Notes: generated by a model not told the origin, from the letters alone. DNA of 64,000 nt from Collinsella aerofaciens (GCA_048291645.1 DBEZXT010000099.1:129-64128), one strand, 5' to 3'. Positions 29,393 to 39,685 are shown, numbered from the stretch's first letter. A program made the numbers and translations.

Positions 29393-29532
29393 GCACATTT
29401 GCCTCTCATAGATAACCGACCTGTACAACGGGCGCGAATCGAAAGCGGTTCGCGCCCGTTTGCCTTGGGCGCCGCTATGGCGAACGCCATGCGATGGTAA
29501 GATGCTTTACATGTGTAAAGAGGAGATTTGCC

Positions 29533-30840
29533 ATGAGCAAGACAATAGTTAGGCCCACGCTTTCGCTGGGCAACCACATCTATCTGTATCGCCTGCTGCG
29601 TGATGCGATTGGATGCGGCAAGCAAACGTTTATGACACAGGTCGAGGAGGCGCTCGCCGTCGGCGACATGACCGCTTATGATCTGGGCTTCGAGTCCACG
29701 CGCGAGCTGCTCGAAGAGCTCGACGACTGCATTAAGCTGACCGTCTTTAAAGGCGGCCGCCTGTATGCCACGGTCATCGCCAACGAGGCCTGGGATGCTG
29801 CGCTTGCCAAGGGCGAGGACAAGCCCAAGACCGCCAAGGGCGCCAAGCAGTCCTACAAAAAGAAAAAGCGCGGTGAGAAGGACCTCAAGGCCGTGCGCCC
29901 CAAGCACGTTAAGCGTCCCGAGCCCGAAGCCATGGTTGAAGCCGCGCCGGAACCCGAGCCCGAGACAGAGATCGAAGTCGCTATTGAGGTAACGGCAGAA
30001 GCCGAAACCGAAATCGCCGCCACGACCGATCCCAAAGTCATATCCGAGCAGGAAGCCACTGTGGAGCTCAACGAAGCGTCCAAGTCGACAACCGAAGAAG
30101 CCGCTGACCAACCCGAGCCGCCTGCGTTCCAAAACAGCGATGTCTTTGGCGACGAGGCCGAGGACGATCAGTCCGACGAGCCCACAGATCAAGACGCTAC
30201 CGAGTCGGCGCCGGAACCCGAGACGCCGCAGCCCGCCATCTCGCTCACGGTCGTCTATGACCCCGAGAATGCCAATGCCGGCATCACCACCATGGCATCC
30301 ACGCCCATCGAGGCAAAGTCGAGCGTCGAGAATGAGAGCGCGACGCAGGTTGAGGTTGAAACTGAAGCTGCAGACGCGCCCGTCACCGTGAAGCCCGCAG
30401 ATTCCACAATCAAGCCGAAGACGACGCTGGAGTTCGCACCCGTCATCGAATCCGTGCCCGCCTCTGCTTGCGACCAAATTCCCGCACCGGCACCGGCTTC
30501 GGTACTCGCAGAGGCCCCAACCCCCGCACCCGTAGCGCCCGCCATCCCCGAGGACTTCCCCGTCGATTTCGCAACCGAGGTCTTCTGCCCCGGCCCGCTT
30601 CTGCACCAGTTGTCGACCTATCTCCCCTACGGCGCCGATACCCTCGGCATCGTCGGCGAGTACTACTGGATCGCCCGCGAGCGCGGTACCATCGAGGCCG
30701 CGCGAAACCGCGCAAGCTTCCCCCTGCGCTACACGCAGGCCGGCGAGCGCCGCGAGGTTACCGTGCGCATCCGCCGCAACACCACCGGTGGCCTCGGATC
30801 CACCTGGGCCATCGATAAAGTCGAAGAACCCGAGCAGTAA
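29533..30840 (+). CDS. Hypothetical protein with possible N-terminal LOTUS/OST-HTH-like domain and acidic linker
   Basis: RBS AGGAG; DLGFESTRELLEELDDCIKL pattern. Confidence 0.7.
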   Translation: MSKTIVRPTLSLGNHIYLYRLLRDAIGCGKQTFMTQVEEALAVGDMTAYDLGFESTRELLEELDDCIKLTVFKGGRLYATVIANEAWDAALAKGEDKPKTAKGAKQSYKKKKRGEKDLKAVRPKHVKRPEPEAMVEAAPEPEPETEIEVAIEVTAEAETEIAATTDPKVISEQEATVELNEASKSTTEEAADQPEPPAFQNSDVFGDEAEDDQSDEPTDQDATESAPEPETPQPAISLTVVYDPENANAGITTMASTPIEAKSSVENESATQVEVETEAADAPVTVKPADSTIKPKTTLEFAPVIESVPASACDQIPAPAPASVLAEAPTPAPVAPAIPEDFPVDFATEVFCPGPLLHQLSTYLPYGADTLGIVGEYYWIARERGTIEAARNRASFPLRYTQAGERREVTVRIRRNTTGGLGSTWAIDKVEEPEQ

Positions 30841-30844
30841 CGAC

Positions 30845-30886
30845 AAACGGCTCAAATCCAAATCAGGATTTGAGCCGTTTTTATTT
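30845..30886 (+). terminator. Intrinsic terminator
   Basis: AAACGGCTCAAATCC/GGATTTGAGCCGTTT with T tract. Confidence 0.8.
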
Positions 30887-30911
30887 GTTGATGTTGCGTA
30901 ACCAACAGCGA

Positions 30912-31011
30912 GCGGGCCGCAAGTGCCCCAGGTTGCCGTGAAAGAGGAGCGACGCGTACTTCGGTACGCGAGCGACGGCTTGAACGGCAAGATGGGGTGC
31001 TTGCGACCCGC
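30912..31011. repeat. Structured ~100 bp intergenic repeat, copy 2
   Basis: CCCCAGG..GAAAGAGGAG..GCGTACTTCGGTACGC.GAGCGACG..TGAACG..AAGATGGGGT, shared with 636-736. Confidence 0.8.
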
Positions 31012-31054
31012 GCAGCGTCGAGCAGTTACGCGGTTTGGAAAACCGCGTAACGAT

Positions 31055-32734
31055 CTAGTCGCGCGTCAGTTTCCTGTGGATACGATGCGGCTGGGCTGCG
31101 TCCTCGCCTAGGCGCTCGATGCGGTTGGCCTGATAGGCCTCGAAGTTGCCCTCGAACCAATACCAGTTGCCCGGGTTCTCGTCAGTGCCCTCCCACGCCA
31201 GAATGTGCGTGGCGACACGGTCCAGGAACATACGGTCGTGGCTAATGACCACCGAGCAGCCCGGGAACTCGAGCAGCGCCGCTTCGAGCGAGGACAGCGT
31301 CTCGACGTCGAGGTCGTTCGTGGGCTCGTCGAGGAGCAGCAGGTTGCCGCCCTGCTTGAGCGTAAGCGCCAGGTTCAGACGGTTGCGCTCGCCACCGGAG
31401 AGTACGCCGGCGCGCTTCTGCTGGTCCTGGCCCTTAAAGCCAAAGCTCGCCACATAAGCACGGCTCGGAACCTCGGTCTCGCCGACCATCATGTGGTCCA
31501 GGCCGTCCGAGACGACCTCCCACAGGTTCTTATCGGGGTCGATGCCAGAACGGTTCTGATCGACATAGGAGATCTTGACAGTCTCGCCCACCTCGAGCTC
31601 GCCCGAAGTCAGCGGCTCCAGGCCCACGATGGTCTTGAACAGCGTGGTCTTGCCCACACCGTTGGGGCCGATGACGCCCACAATGCCGTTGCGCGGCAGG
31701 GTGAACGATAGGTCGTCGATGAGCACGCGACCGTCGAATTCCTTGTGCAGGTGATGGGCCTCGAGAACCTTGTTGCCCAGACGCGGTCCAACGGGAATGC
31801 GGATGTCGGTCCAGTCGAGCTTCTGGCTTGCGCGGGCCTCGGCCTCCATCTCCTCATAGCGAGCCAGACGGGCCTTGTTCTTGGCCTGACGGGCCTTGGG
31901 CGAGCTGCGTACCCACTCGAGCTCGGCCTCCATGCGCTTGGCGAGCTTGGCATCGCGGTTGCCCTGCGCCTCGATACGGGCGGCCTTGGTCTCCAGATAC
32001 GTGGAGTAGTTGCCCTTGTAGGGATAAAGGTGACCGCGGTCGACCTCGCAGATCCACTCGGCAACGTTATCCAGGAAGTAGCGGTCGTGTGTGACGGCAA
32101 GCACCGCGCCTTGGTAGTTGTGCAGGAAATGCTCGAGCCACAGGATCGACTCGGCGTCCAGGTGGTTCGTGGGCTCGTCGAGCAGCAGCAGGTCGGGAGC
32201 CTCGAGCAGAAGCTTGCACAGGGCCACGCGGCGGCGCTCGCCGCCGGAAAGCACGTTGACCGGCATGTCGGAATCGGGCAGCTGCAGAGCGTCCATAGCC
32301 TGGCCGAGTTTGGAATCGATATCCCAGCCGTCGGCGGCGTCAATCTCGTCCTGGAGCTTGCCCATCTCGGCCATGAGGGCGTCCATGTCGCAATCCGGGT
32401 CGCACATCTCCTCGCCGATCTTGTTGAAGCGATCGACCTTGGCGATCATATCGCCAAACGCCATGCGCACGTTCTCGATGACGGTCTTGTCGTCATCGAG
32501 CGGCGGCTCCTGCTGCAGGATGCCCACGGTGTAGCCGGGGGTGAGCCTGGCATCGCCGTTGGAGACCTCCTCAATACCGGCCATGATCTTAAGCAAGGTC
32601 GACTTACCCATGCCGTTGGGGCCCACGACGCCGATCTTGGCACCGGGGTAGAAGCTCAGGGTCACGTCGTCAAGAATTACCTTGTCGCCATGGGCCTTGC
32701 GAGCCTGATACATCTGGTAGATAAACTCCGCCAT
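31055..32734 (-). CDS. ettA: Energy-dependent translational throttle protein (ABC-F)
   Basis: SFYPGAKIGVVGPNG.GKST, two ABC domains, ELEWVRSSPKARQAK.KARL linker. Confidence 0.93.
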   Translation of the reverse strand: MAEFIYQMYQARKAHGDKVILDDVTLSFYPGAKIGVVGPNGMGKSTLLKIMAGIEEVSNGDARLTPGYTVGILQQEPPLDDDKTVIENVRMAFGDMIAKVDRFNKIGEEMCDPDCDMDALMAEMGKLQDEIDAADGWDIDSKLGQAMDALQLPDSDMPVNVLSGGERRRVALCKLLLEAPDLLLLDEPTNHLDAESILWLEHFLHNYQGAVLAVTHDRYFLDNVAEWICEVDRGHLYPYKGNYSTYLETKAARIEAQGNRDAKLAKRMEAELEWVRSSPKARQAKNKARLARYEEMEAEARASQKLDWTDIRIPVGPRLGNKVLEAHHLHKEFDGRVLIDDLSFTLPRNGIVGVIGPNGVGKTTLFKTIVGLEPLTSGELEVGETVKISYVDQNRSGIDPDKNLWEVVSDGLDHMMVGETEVPSRAYVASFGFKGQDQQKRAGVLSGGERNRLNLALTLKQGGNLLLLDEPTNDLDVETLSSLEAALLEFPGCSVVISHDRMFLDRVATHILAWEGTDENPGNWYWFEGNFEAYQANRIERLGEDAAQPHRIHRKLTRD

Positions 32735-32918
32735 ATGCCTGTTCTATCCTTTCTACCTGCTGTTTCCCTATTCTTGTTTCGCTTTAGTGGAAACGAAATG
32801 AAAAAACCAGCTCTGAAACTTAACGAAAAAGGGGCATGGTTGCCCATACCCCCTAATACTACCTGGGAAAAGTCCCCCGGAACATACTATGAACTGCGTA
32901 CGCTAGTTTTCCGCAACC

Positions 32919-33623
32919 TTAGCGAGCGGCTCGCTGCGATTTGCGCCACAGCAGATACGAGTAGACGTAGACGGCTCCGGCCGAACCAAACGCCAGCACC
33001 GCAATCACCGCGGCGACGACTTCACTCGAAAGCACCGCACCTGCCACGCCCATTACGATGAGGCCAGCACCCAGCACCATAAAGCAGGCACCGCCAAAGC
33101 GCTGCGTACGGCGCCAGTTCTCGGGATCGGCAAGCGCCCAGGGCGTCTTGATACCGAGCGTATAGTTCTGCTTCACACGCGGCAAGTAGTTGCCTACGCC
33201 GATGAACAGCAAACCGACAACACCGGAAATCAGCACGTTGACCGAACCGACCGCCGGCACCACGCCCCACACCGTGAGCTCTCCCAGCCAGCTTATGGCG
33301 CACATGAACAAGGTGAAGGCGATTACGAAGCCCTGGTAGAACTTGCCCGAGGTTCGATATGCCTCACCTTTGGGGTCGACGCGCGGCACCACGCAGAACA
33401 TTGCGAGAAGCGCCAGAGGCAGCACGCCGAGCGCGGAGGCCATCCAGCTAGGACCCCAACCGTCGACGGCGCCGTTCGCGCCCCAGTGCGTGGGAATCTG
33501 CGCCGGCAAGCTCGGCATCACCATGAGGTGCGCTACGACATTGGCGACGCACAGAGCGACCAGCGCAATCCACACGCGCGACGATACCCCTGTGGGGTGA
33601 ATGCCCTTGTTTTCGTTATTCAT
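32919..33623 (-). CDS. SdpI family immunity membrane protein (DUF1648 + SdpI)
   Basis: LPAQIPTHWG..G.VDG, GNYLPRVKQNY..GI.TPWAL....W..TQR. Confidence 0.88.
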   Translation of the reverse strand: MNNENKGIHPTGVSSRVWIALVALCVANVVAHLMVMPSLPAQIPTHWGANGAVDGWGPSWMASALGVLPLALLAMFCVVPRVDPKGEAYRTSGKFYQGFVIAFTLFMCAISWLGELTVWGVVPAVGSVNVLISGVVGLLFIGVGNYLPRVKQNYTLGIKTPWALADPENWRRTQRFGGACFMVLGAGLIVMGVAGAVLSSEVVAAVIAVLAFGSAGAVYVYSYLLWRKSQRAAR

Positions 33624-33894
33624 CCTTATCACCTTCATTGTTTGTAAAACCCATAAACCAGCCAATTAAATCCTGCATGACGGTGGTGTTTAAGCTGTAT
33701 ACGATGTTTTGGCCATGGCGCTCGTCGGTCACCAACCCGGCGTTTTTGAGCGTCGCCAAGTGATGGCTCAGCGACGGCTTACTGATATCGAAATGCTCGG
33801 CAAGCTCCCCCGCCGTGCAATTGCCCTCGCGCAGCAACTCCAAAATGCGCCGTCGCGTTGGATCGGCAAGCGCCTTAAAACCCTCTCCCGGCAT
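33616..33894 (-). CDS. ArsR/SdpR family repressor
   Basis: FKALADPTRRRILELL...SKPSLSHHL..LK.AGLV. Confidence 0.9.
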   Translation of the reverse strand: MPGEGFKALADPTRRRILELLREGNCTAGELAEHFDISKPSLSHHLATLKNAGLVTDERHGQNIVYSLNTTVMQDLIGWFMGFTNNEGDKDE

Positions 33895-33942
33895 AAGACC
33901 TCCTCTCATCATCTCTCATGACGTGCACACTATACTCGATAT

Positions 33943-33958
33943 TTAGATGTTTGTCTAA
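33943..33958. promoter_or_regulatory. Probable SdpR-type operator
   Basis: TTAGA-N6-TCTAA palindrome upstream of the ArsR gene. Confidence 0.5.
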
Positions 33959-33981
33959 CTGTCTAATACAGTAACATCTAT

Positions 33982-34009
33982 AGAACATTCGTTCGTGTTT
34001 AGTTACAAT
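33982..34009 (+). promoter_or_regulatory. LexA (SOS) box and -10 element
   Basis: AGAAC-attc-GTTCG at 33982-33995; TACAAT at 34004-34009. Confidence 0.65.
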
Positions 34010-34060
34010 GGAAGTTGAAGCAGATGGGCCAGCTCCCTCTACCCAAGAAGGAGATGGACT

Positions 34061-34147
34061 ATGAGTATTGACGATGTCCTGACGTTGTTATTGCTTGTAA
34101 TCGCGGCTGTGGAGCTCGGCATCCACATTGGAGGTCGAATGAAATAG
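34061..34147 (+). CDS. Putative type I toxin, 28 aa: MSIDDVLTLLLLVIAAVELGIHIGGRMK
   Basis: RBS AAGGAG 7 nt upstream; single TM helix with basic C-terminus; 5'/3' UTR complementarity. Confidence 0.7.
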   Translation: MSIDDVLTLLLLVIAAVELGIHIGGRMK

Positions 34148-34355
34148 CCGCCCCCGCGTAATGCGAAGACGGCCACTTCTCACGCCATAAACGTGTTTCG
34201 GAGTTGGCCAACCCGCTGCAACGGGTGCCATCTGCTTCAATCTTATGCGAATCCCGATCCCATTTCAACAAACCCCAAGGGCTCAAATGAAATCGCGATA
34301 ATACCTATAATGACGATAGCTAAAACACGATTCGCTTCCCCATCGGAGGATGTCT

Positions 34356-35150
34356 ATGACCGAAAACGCTACTGCTCTCGTCGAGACACGCGACACCAAG
34401 CTCGAGATCATCATGGGCCGCGAAGCACTCGATAAGCTCGCCGATGCTACGGTGCTGGTGCTCGGCTGCGGAGGCGTGGGCTCCAACTGCTGCGAGGCAC
34501 TCGCCCGCGGCGGCATCGGACATTTCGTCATTCTGGATAAGGACGTCATCGCGCCCAGCAATATCAACCGTCAGGCCATCGCCTTTCACAGCACCATCGG
34601 AAAGCGCAAGGTTGATGTGATGGAAGCCATGATCCACGACATCAATCCCGCCGCTGCCGTCATCAAGCGAACTGAATACTTGCTGAGCGACAACATCGAT
34701 GATTTCTTCGCGAGCGTTTTGGAGCAGACGGACGGCAAGCTCGACTACGTCGTCGACGCCATCGACACCATCTCGGCCAAGCTCACCATTGCCAAATATG
34801 CTCAGGACCACGACATTCGTTTGGTTAGCTCCATGGGCGGGGCCAACAAGCTCCATCCCGAGTGCCTCCGCTTTGTCGACATTTTCGATACGGTACGTGA
34901 CCCCATGAGCCGCATTATGCGCAAAGAATGCAAGAAACGCGGAATCAAGAGCCTGCATGTACTGTTTAGCTGTGAGGAATCGGTTAAGACACAGCCCCGC
35001 GACCCTTCCAACATCCACGAGCGTACCGAGCTCGGAACCGCCAGTTTTATGCCGCCCATCATGGGTCAGATGATTGCCGGCGAGGTTATCCGCCAGATCA
35101 GTGGGCGCGGCACCGAGCGCGTACGCTCCGATGGCCAGCGCCTGGACTAG
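34356..35150 (+). CDS. tcdA: tRNA threonylcarbamoyladenosine dehydratase (ThiF family)
   Basis: GCGGVGS, SNINRQ, DAID, SSMGGANK. Confidence 0.85.
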   Translation: MTENATALVETRDTKLEIIMGREALDKLADATVLVLGCGGVGSNCCEALARGGIGHFVILDKDVIAPSNINRQAIAFHSTIGKRKVDVMEAMIHDINPAAAVIKRTEYLLSDNIDDFFASVLEQTDGKLDYVVDAIDTISAKLTIAKYAQDHDIRLVSSMGGANKLHPECLRFVDIFDTVRDPMSRIMRKECKKRGIKSLHVLFSCEESVKTQPRDPSNIHERTELGTASFMPPIMGQMIAGEVIRQISGRGTERVRSDGQRLD

Positions 35151-35164
35151 CGGAGCGCGCCGAG

Positions 35165-35947
35165 ATGGAGCCCCGGTTATTTGACGCACACTGCCATCTT
35201 GATTTGATGGCATACCCGAATGCTGTTGCCGACGAAACTGCGGCTATAGGACTGGGGGTCTTTGATTGCGGGGTCGACCCACGCGACTTCGCGGCAGCAA
35301 AAAAGCGTGCCAGCCGCTACCCAAACATTATCGCGGGCGTCGGCCTCCATCCCTGGTGGCTCGCCGACGGCCGCTGCGGTCCTGCCGAAGTCAATCTGCT
35401 TTGCGAAGTTGCCGCCCAAGAGCACTACATCGGCGAAGTCGGACTCGACTTTTCCGCGCGCTTTGCTGGAAGTGAGCCGCTACAAATACAGGCACTTAAC
35501 CGGCTCTGCGATGCGCTCGTGCAGCATCCTCTTACCGGGCGCGTGATATCAATTCACGCCGTTCGTTCGGCAGGAGCCGTACTGGACGTCCTCGAATCGC
35601 ATGGACTACTCATCCCAAACCCCGACTCCCCCGTTATCATCTTCCACTGGTTTAGCGGTACTTCGGACGAACTCGTCCGCGCGCGTAATGCGGGCTGTTA
35701 TTTTTCCGTCAACGAACGCATGCTCGCGACCAAGCGCGGTCGCGAATACGCACGACAGATTCCACTCGATCGTTTACTGCTCGAAACCGATGCGCCGGCG
35801 GAGGCAAACACAGAAACAAGCGCGCAGTCGCTCATCAGATCGCTCGCAAGGACCTCGATGCGCATTGCCTCACTCAAAAACTGTGACGCAAAGCGCATCG
35901 AGTCGGTAGTTTTAGCAAATGCGCACGCTGTTTTTGACCTTCGCTAA
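35165..35947 (+). CDS. TatD family hydrolase
   Basis: DAHCHL, GLHPW, IGEVGLD, HWFSG, LLETDAP. Confidence 0.9.
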   Translation: MEPRLFDAHCHLDLMAYPNAVADETAAIGLGVFDCGVDPRDFAAAKKRASRYPNIIAGVGLHPWWLADGRCGPAEVNLLCEVAAQEHYIGEVGLDFSARFAGSEPLQIQALNRLCDALVQHPLTGRVISIHAVRSAGAVLDVLESHGLLIPNPDSPVIIFHWFSGTSDELVRARNAGCYFSVNERMLATKRGREYARQIPLDRLLLETDAPAEANTETSAQSLIRSLARTSMRIASLKNCDAKRIESVVLANAHAVFDLR

Positions 35948-36026
35948 CCCCTGTGGGCAAAAATGCCAAGGGACATGCGAATCGCACAACGCAGTCCCTA
36001 TTGGTAGGCAGTACAGTTCGGCAGCA

Positions 36027-37544
36027 TTACACCAATTCGTGCATGAGATCACGGTTGCGTGCATACAATTCGTCAAAGATATGACGACGCGACGCATATA
36101 ACTCGTGGGCAGCCATATCGGGCTCGATTGTTTGCGCAACGCCAAGGACTCGGGCGAGTTCATCCCATGATGCATAAGCGCCACCTGCGAGAGCTGCCAT
36201 GATGGCATCACCGAAGCATGCGCCCACCGTAACCTTGGCAACCGAGACCTCGCGCCCGCATACGTCGGCGATAGCCTGCATCCAAACTGGATTCTTGGTT
36301 CCACCTCCGACAAGCATAATGCGCCCAATTGGCAGTCCATGCTCTCGCTCGATAATGTCGACATGGGATGCAACGGTATACGCGACGCCTTCCAAGGCGG
36401 CGCGAACCATATGGGCTCGCGTATGCCTTCCGGTCAGGCCAAAGAAGACGCCACGCGCCTCGGGATCGTTGAGCGGAGTACGCTCCCCCGCAAAGTACGG
36501 CAGACACAGGAGCCCATCGGCACCCGGCGCCACGTCGGCGGCATCATTCGCCATAACCGAATAGGCATCGGGACCACCGTGGCCCTCGGCCTCTACGGCG
36601 TCGCGATACAGCTCTTGGCGCAGCCACGATGTGAGTGCGCCCGCCGTATTGGTCCCCGCGCAAATCCCGTAAGTTCCGGGAATGATAAACGTCCCCGGCC
36701 ACAGGCGGGCATCATCGATCATATGATCAGCTAGGTAGATGAAATACGCCGTACTCCCCAACTGAACCATCATATCGCCGGGACGGAATACACCCGTCGA
36801 AATGGCCTCGGCACCAGAGTCGCCCGTTCCCACTAAGACAGGTGTCCCTGCCGCGAGCCCCGTCGCCTCAGCCGCACGCTGCGTAATCACCCCGGCAATA
36901 TCGGTAGCCGACATCACCTCCGCCATCTGGTCAGGCCGGCAGAAACGAGCACATTCCCGAGCATCAACCTTCCAGGTGTAGCGGTCGTATAGGGGAAGAA
37001 AATCCTCCGCCAAATAACGGTCCACCGTAAAACGCCCCGTCAACTTTGCGCACAGAAACGATGACGCCGTCAGGAACTTCGCGGCACGTTCGTGCACCTC
37101 GGGCATATTCTCCTTAAACCACAAGATCTTGGGAGCAATATCTGACGAACAGGGATCATGCCCGAAAAGCTCGCGTGCGCGATCTGACCCATATTCGGAA
37201 AGGAGCTCGTCAATCTGCGGCTTCGAACGTGCATCGACTCCATACAAAATCGCGGGCGCCAGCGCGTTGCACTCGGTATCGACCGGCACACAGTCGCAAC
37301 CCAATGCGGAAAGGCCCACGCATCCGATCTGTGCCGCGTTAACCCCCGATCGCGCCACCAGCTCGCGCGACAAGCGGCAAAAATCGCCCCACCAAACTGC
37401 CTCCGCATCATGCTGGTACCATCCATCACACGGGTTGTCCGTCTCGTGTCCACAAGAAGCTTGGCAAACGATGTTGCATCGATCATCGATTAAAACGCCT
37501 TTAGAGGCGCTTGTCCCAATATCAATACCCAGATAGAGCGCCAT
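36027..37544 (-). CDS. FGGY family carbohydrate kinase (xylulokinase-like)
   Basis: LGIDIGTS..K, LPYFAGERTP, RAALEG, GGGTKN. Confidence 0.88.
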   Translation of the reverse strand: MALYLGIDIGTSASKGVLIDDRCNIVCQASCGHETDNPCDGWYQHDAEAVWWGDFCRLSRELVARSGVNAAQIGCVGLSALGCDCVPVDTECNALAPAILYGVDARSKPQIDELLSEYGSDRARELFGHDPCSSDIAPKILWFKENMPEVHERAAKFLTASSFLCAKLTGRFTVDRYLAEDFLPLYDRYTWKVDARECARFCRPDQMAEVMSATDIAGVITQRAAEATGLAAGTPVLVGTGDSGAEAISTGVFRPGDMMVQLGSTAYFIYLADHMIDDARLWPGTFIIPGTYGICAGTNTAGALTSWLRQELYRDAVEAEGHGGPDAYSVMANDAADVAPGADGLLCLPYFAGERTPLNDPEARGVFFGLTGRHTRAHMVRAALEGVAYTVASHVDIIEREHGLPIGRIMLVGGGTKNPVWMQAIADVCGREVSVAKVTVGACFGDAIMAALAGGAYASWDELARVLGVAQTIEPDMAAHELYASRRHIFDELYARNRDLMHELV

Positions 37545-37550
37545 AGGTGC

Positions 37551-38360
37551 CTACTCCCCTCGCGCCGTACGAGCGGCAGCCATAAAACGAGCTACCCGCT
37601 CAACATCGACCGGGGCATCCAGCTTTCCGTCGCACTTTAAGCACGTGCCGACAAACGCACCATCGTAGTGAGCGAATACGTCAGCCACGGTATTTTCGCG
37701 ACAACCGGTGCCACATACCACAGGTACTTCGCCAACACGCTCGCGGACTTCATCGGCAAGCTCGCCCGAAGCGCCACGACCGGCAGCCGAACCGCCGATG
37801 ACCATTGCATCCGGAAGGCAATTAAAGAGAAGTGAATCGGCAATGTCCGCAGTCGTGCGGTCGTTGAGATAAACCTCCCCCTCGCTCGTGATGAAGTGAA
37901 AAAGCTTGAGGTCATCCAGGCGCAGCGCCGCCTTGCGACGCATGGTGTGCGCGAAATCTCGATTAATCAGCCCGAGATCACCGGCCCAGGCACCGCAAAA
38001 ATTGCAGCGCGTGAACTGCGCATCGACAGCAGCGCACAGCTCGATTGTGGCATCACCGTCGTAAATAGCCTCGGCTCCCCAAGGGGTCGACAGATCATGG
38101 GACAGAGCTCCGATTACATAGCCCATCGATGCAAGGGTTGAGGGAGAAACGTGCTGCTCATAGGGCATCGAGAGCTCATTGGTAATCAAAATGCCATCGA
38201 CACCGCCCTGTTGCAACGCCTCGAGATCGCGCTTGGCGGCTTCCACGACCTGCGACACGCTTCCACCCGGGTAATACAGTGGGTCGCCCGGCAGAGGACG
38301 CAGGTGCAGCATTCCGATAACCGGCTTTTCGGTCTTGAACATCGAAGTTAGAAACGACAT
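37551..38360 (-). CDS. BtpA/SgcQ family TIM-barrel protein
   Basis: KPVIGMLHLRPLPGDP, NE.SMPY, DGAFVGT..K.DG. Confidence 0.88.
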   Translation of the reverse strand: MSFLTSMFKTEKPVIGMLHLRPLPGDPLYYPGGSVSQVVEAAKRDLEALQQGGVDGILITNELSMPYEQHVSPSTLASMGYVIGALSHDLSTPWGAEAIYDGDATIELCAAVDAQFTRCNFCGAWAGDLGLINRDFAHTMRRKAALRLDDLKLFHFITSEGEVYLNDRTTADIADSLLFNCLPDAMVIGGSAAGRGASGELADEVRERVGEVPVVCGTGCRENTVADVFAHYDGAFVGTCLKCDGKLDAPVDVERVARFMAAARTARGE

Positions 38361-38393
38361 AGTGTGCTCCTTCATAGGGTTATTGCAGGGACG

Positions 38394-38822
38394 TTACTCC
38401 CCCAGCACCTCGACGTACACTTTTCGCTTCTGCGGACCGTCAAACTCCGCAAGATAGATGTTCTGGGCACTTCCGCACACGATGTGGCCATCTTGGACGG
38501 GAAAGAAGCAACTGTTCCCACAAATCATGCTCTTGATATGCCCACAGGAGTTGTTGCCGGTGGCTCCATAGCTCGGCAGGAAGTGTGCATGTGCATAGGG
38601 GGCATCGAGTGGGGCGATGCGATCAAGCGTTTCCATAAGATCCGTCTCCACGCAGGGCAGCCCCTCGTTTACCACGATTCCACAGGTCGTATGCGACAAA
38701 ATAATCGCTGCCAAGCCATTGGTCACCGAGCTGCGTTCGATGGCAGCGTGCACGTCTTCGGTAATATCGATGAACTGGTCCGGAGCAGTCGATAGATAGC
38801 TCAATGTTTCGAGCGTCACCAT
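38394..38822 (-). CDS. YjbQ/UPF0047 family protein
   Basis: HTTCG..VNE, HIKS, Q.IY.AEFDGP. Confidence 0.88.
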   Translation of the reverse strand: MVTLETLSYLSTAPDQFIDITEDVHAAIERSSVTNGLAAIILSHTTCGIVVNEGLPCVETDLMETLDRIAPLDAPYAHAHFLPSYGATGNNSCGHIKSMICGNSCFFPVQDGHIVCGSAQNIYLAEFDGPQKRKVYVEVLGE

Positions 38823-38824
38823 GT

Positions 38825-39685
38825 TTACTCATCCCCTTCAAGAAAACGCAGGGCATTACCCCAGTAGAGCCTTTCTCGCGCATCATCGCGCATGGACACG
38901 GTATCGAGCGCCCGCTTGAGTTTGAACGCACGGAAACGCGGCGTATTGCTGGCGAACATCACTTGATGCGATAGCGCGCGCTCATACCACAGCGGCCCCA
39001 TATCGACCGTGAAAAGACGCTGCATCATCTCCTCGGGCGAATCGATGTAAGTGATAGAGGTGTCCGTGTAGCAGTTGGGATACTTGAGCAGCATCGCCAC
39101 GGTCTCGCGCACCCAGGGCCAGCCAAAGTGGGTCAAACTAAAACGCACATTTGGATGCGTTGCGATTGTGTGCTCAAATGCAAGCGGGTTACTGCGCGAG
39201 AGCTCTGCGCCCGGCTCCCAAGACATACCGGCATGGAAAACCACCGGCTTGTTATAGCGCTCGCACAGCTCGTAAAGCGGCTCAGCCACAGCATCATCGG
39301 GGTCAAAACCCTGCTTTGCCGGATGCAGACAAAGCCCCTTTGCCCCCAGCTCGGTAAAGGCGCGCTCCAATTCGCCTGCGGCACTGCTCACCCGCGGATC
39401 TACGCTCGCAAATCCCCACAGACGATCGGGATGCGCGGCAACCAGCATGGCAATCTGGTCATTGGTGCCAAAATGCCCTCCGCATGCCGTGGTTACATCG
39501 AGCGGCATGAGCAAGCTCTTCTGCACATCGCAGACGTCCATCTCAACTTGAAGCTCGTCCCAATCCATGGGACCCATATGCCCCATACCAAATTCTCGTG
39601 ACCAAAAACCGAATCCATCAGGCTCATCACCCGGCGTACAGATCTCGCCGTAGAGCATGGGCTGAACCAACATGTCGATAACCAT
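38825..39685 (-). CDS. Amidohydrolase_2 family protein
   Basis: GFASVDP, LHP, FHAG, HFGWPW, YTDTS. Confidence 0.8.
   Translation of the reverse strand: MVIDMLVQPMLYGEICTPGDEPDGFGFWSREFGMGHMGPMDWDELQVEMDVCDVQKSLLMPLDVTTACGGHFGTNDQIAMLVAAHPDRLWGFASVDPRVSSAAGELERAFTELGAKGLCLHPAKQGFDPDDAVAEPLYELCERYNKPVVFHAGMSWEPGAELSRSNPLAFEHTIATHPNVRFSLTHFGWPWVRETVAMLLKYPNCYTDTSITYIDSPEEMMQRLFTVDMGPLWYERALSHQVMFASNTPRFRAFKLKRALDTVSMRDDARERLYWGNALRFLEGDE

Noticed and set aside
32919..33894. SdpI/SdpR as immunity for the RiPP cluster
   Set aside because: It is 5 kb away, has host-like GC, and such pairs are commonly orphan; no evidence of linkage
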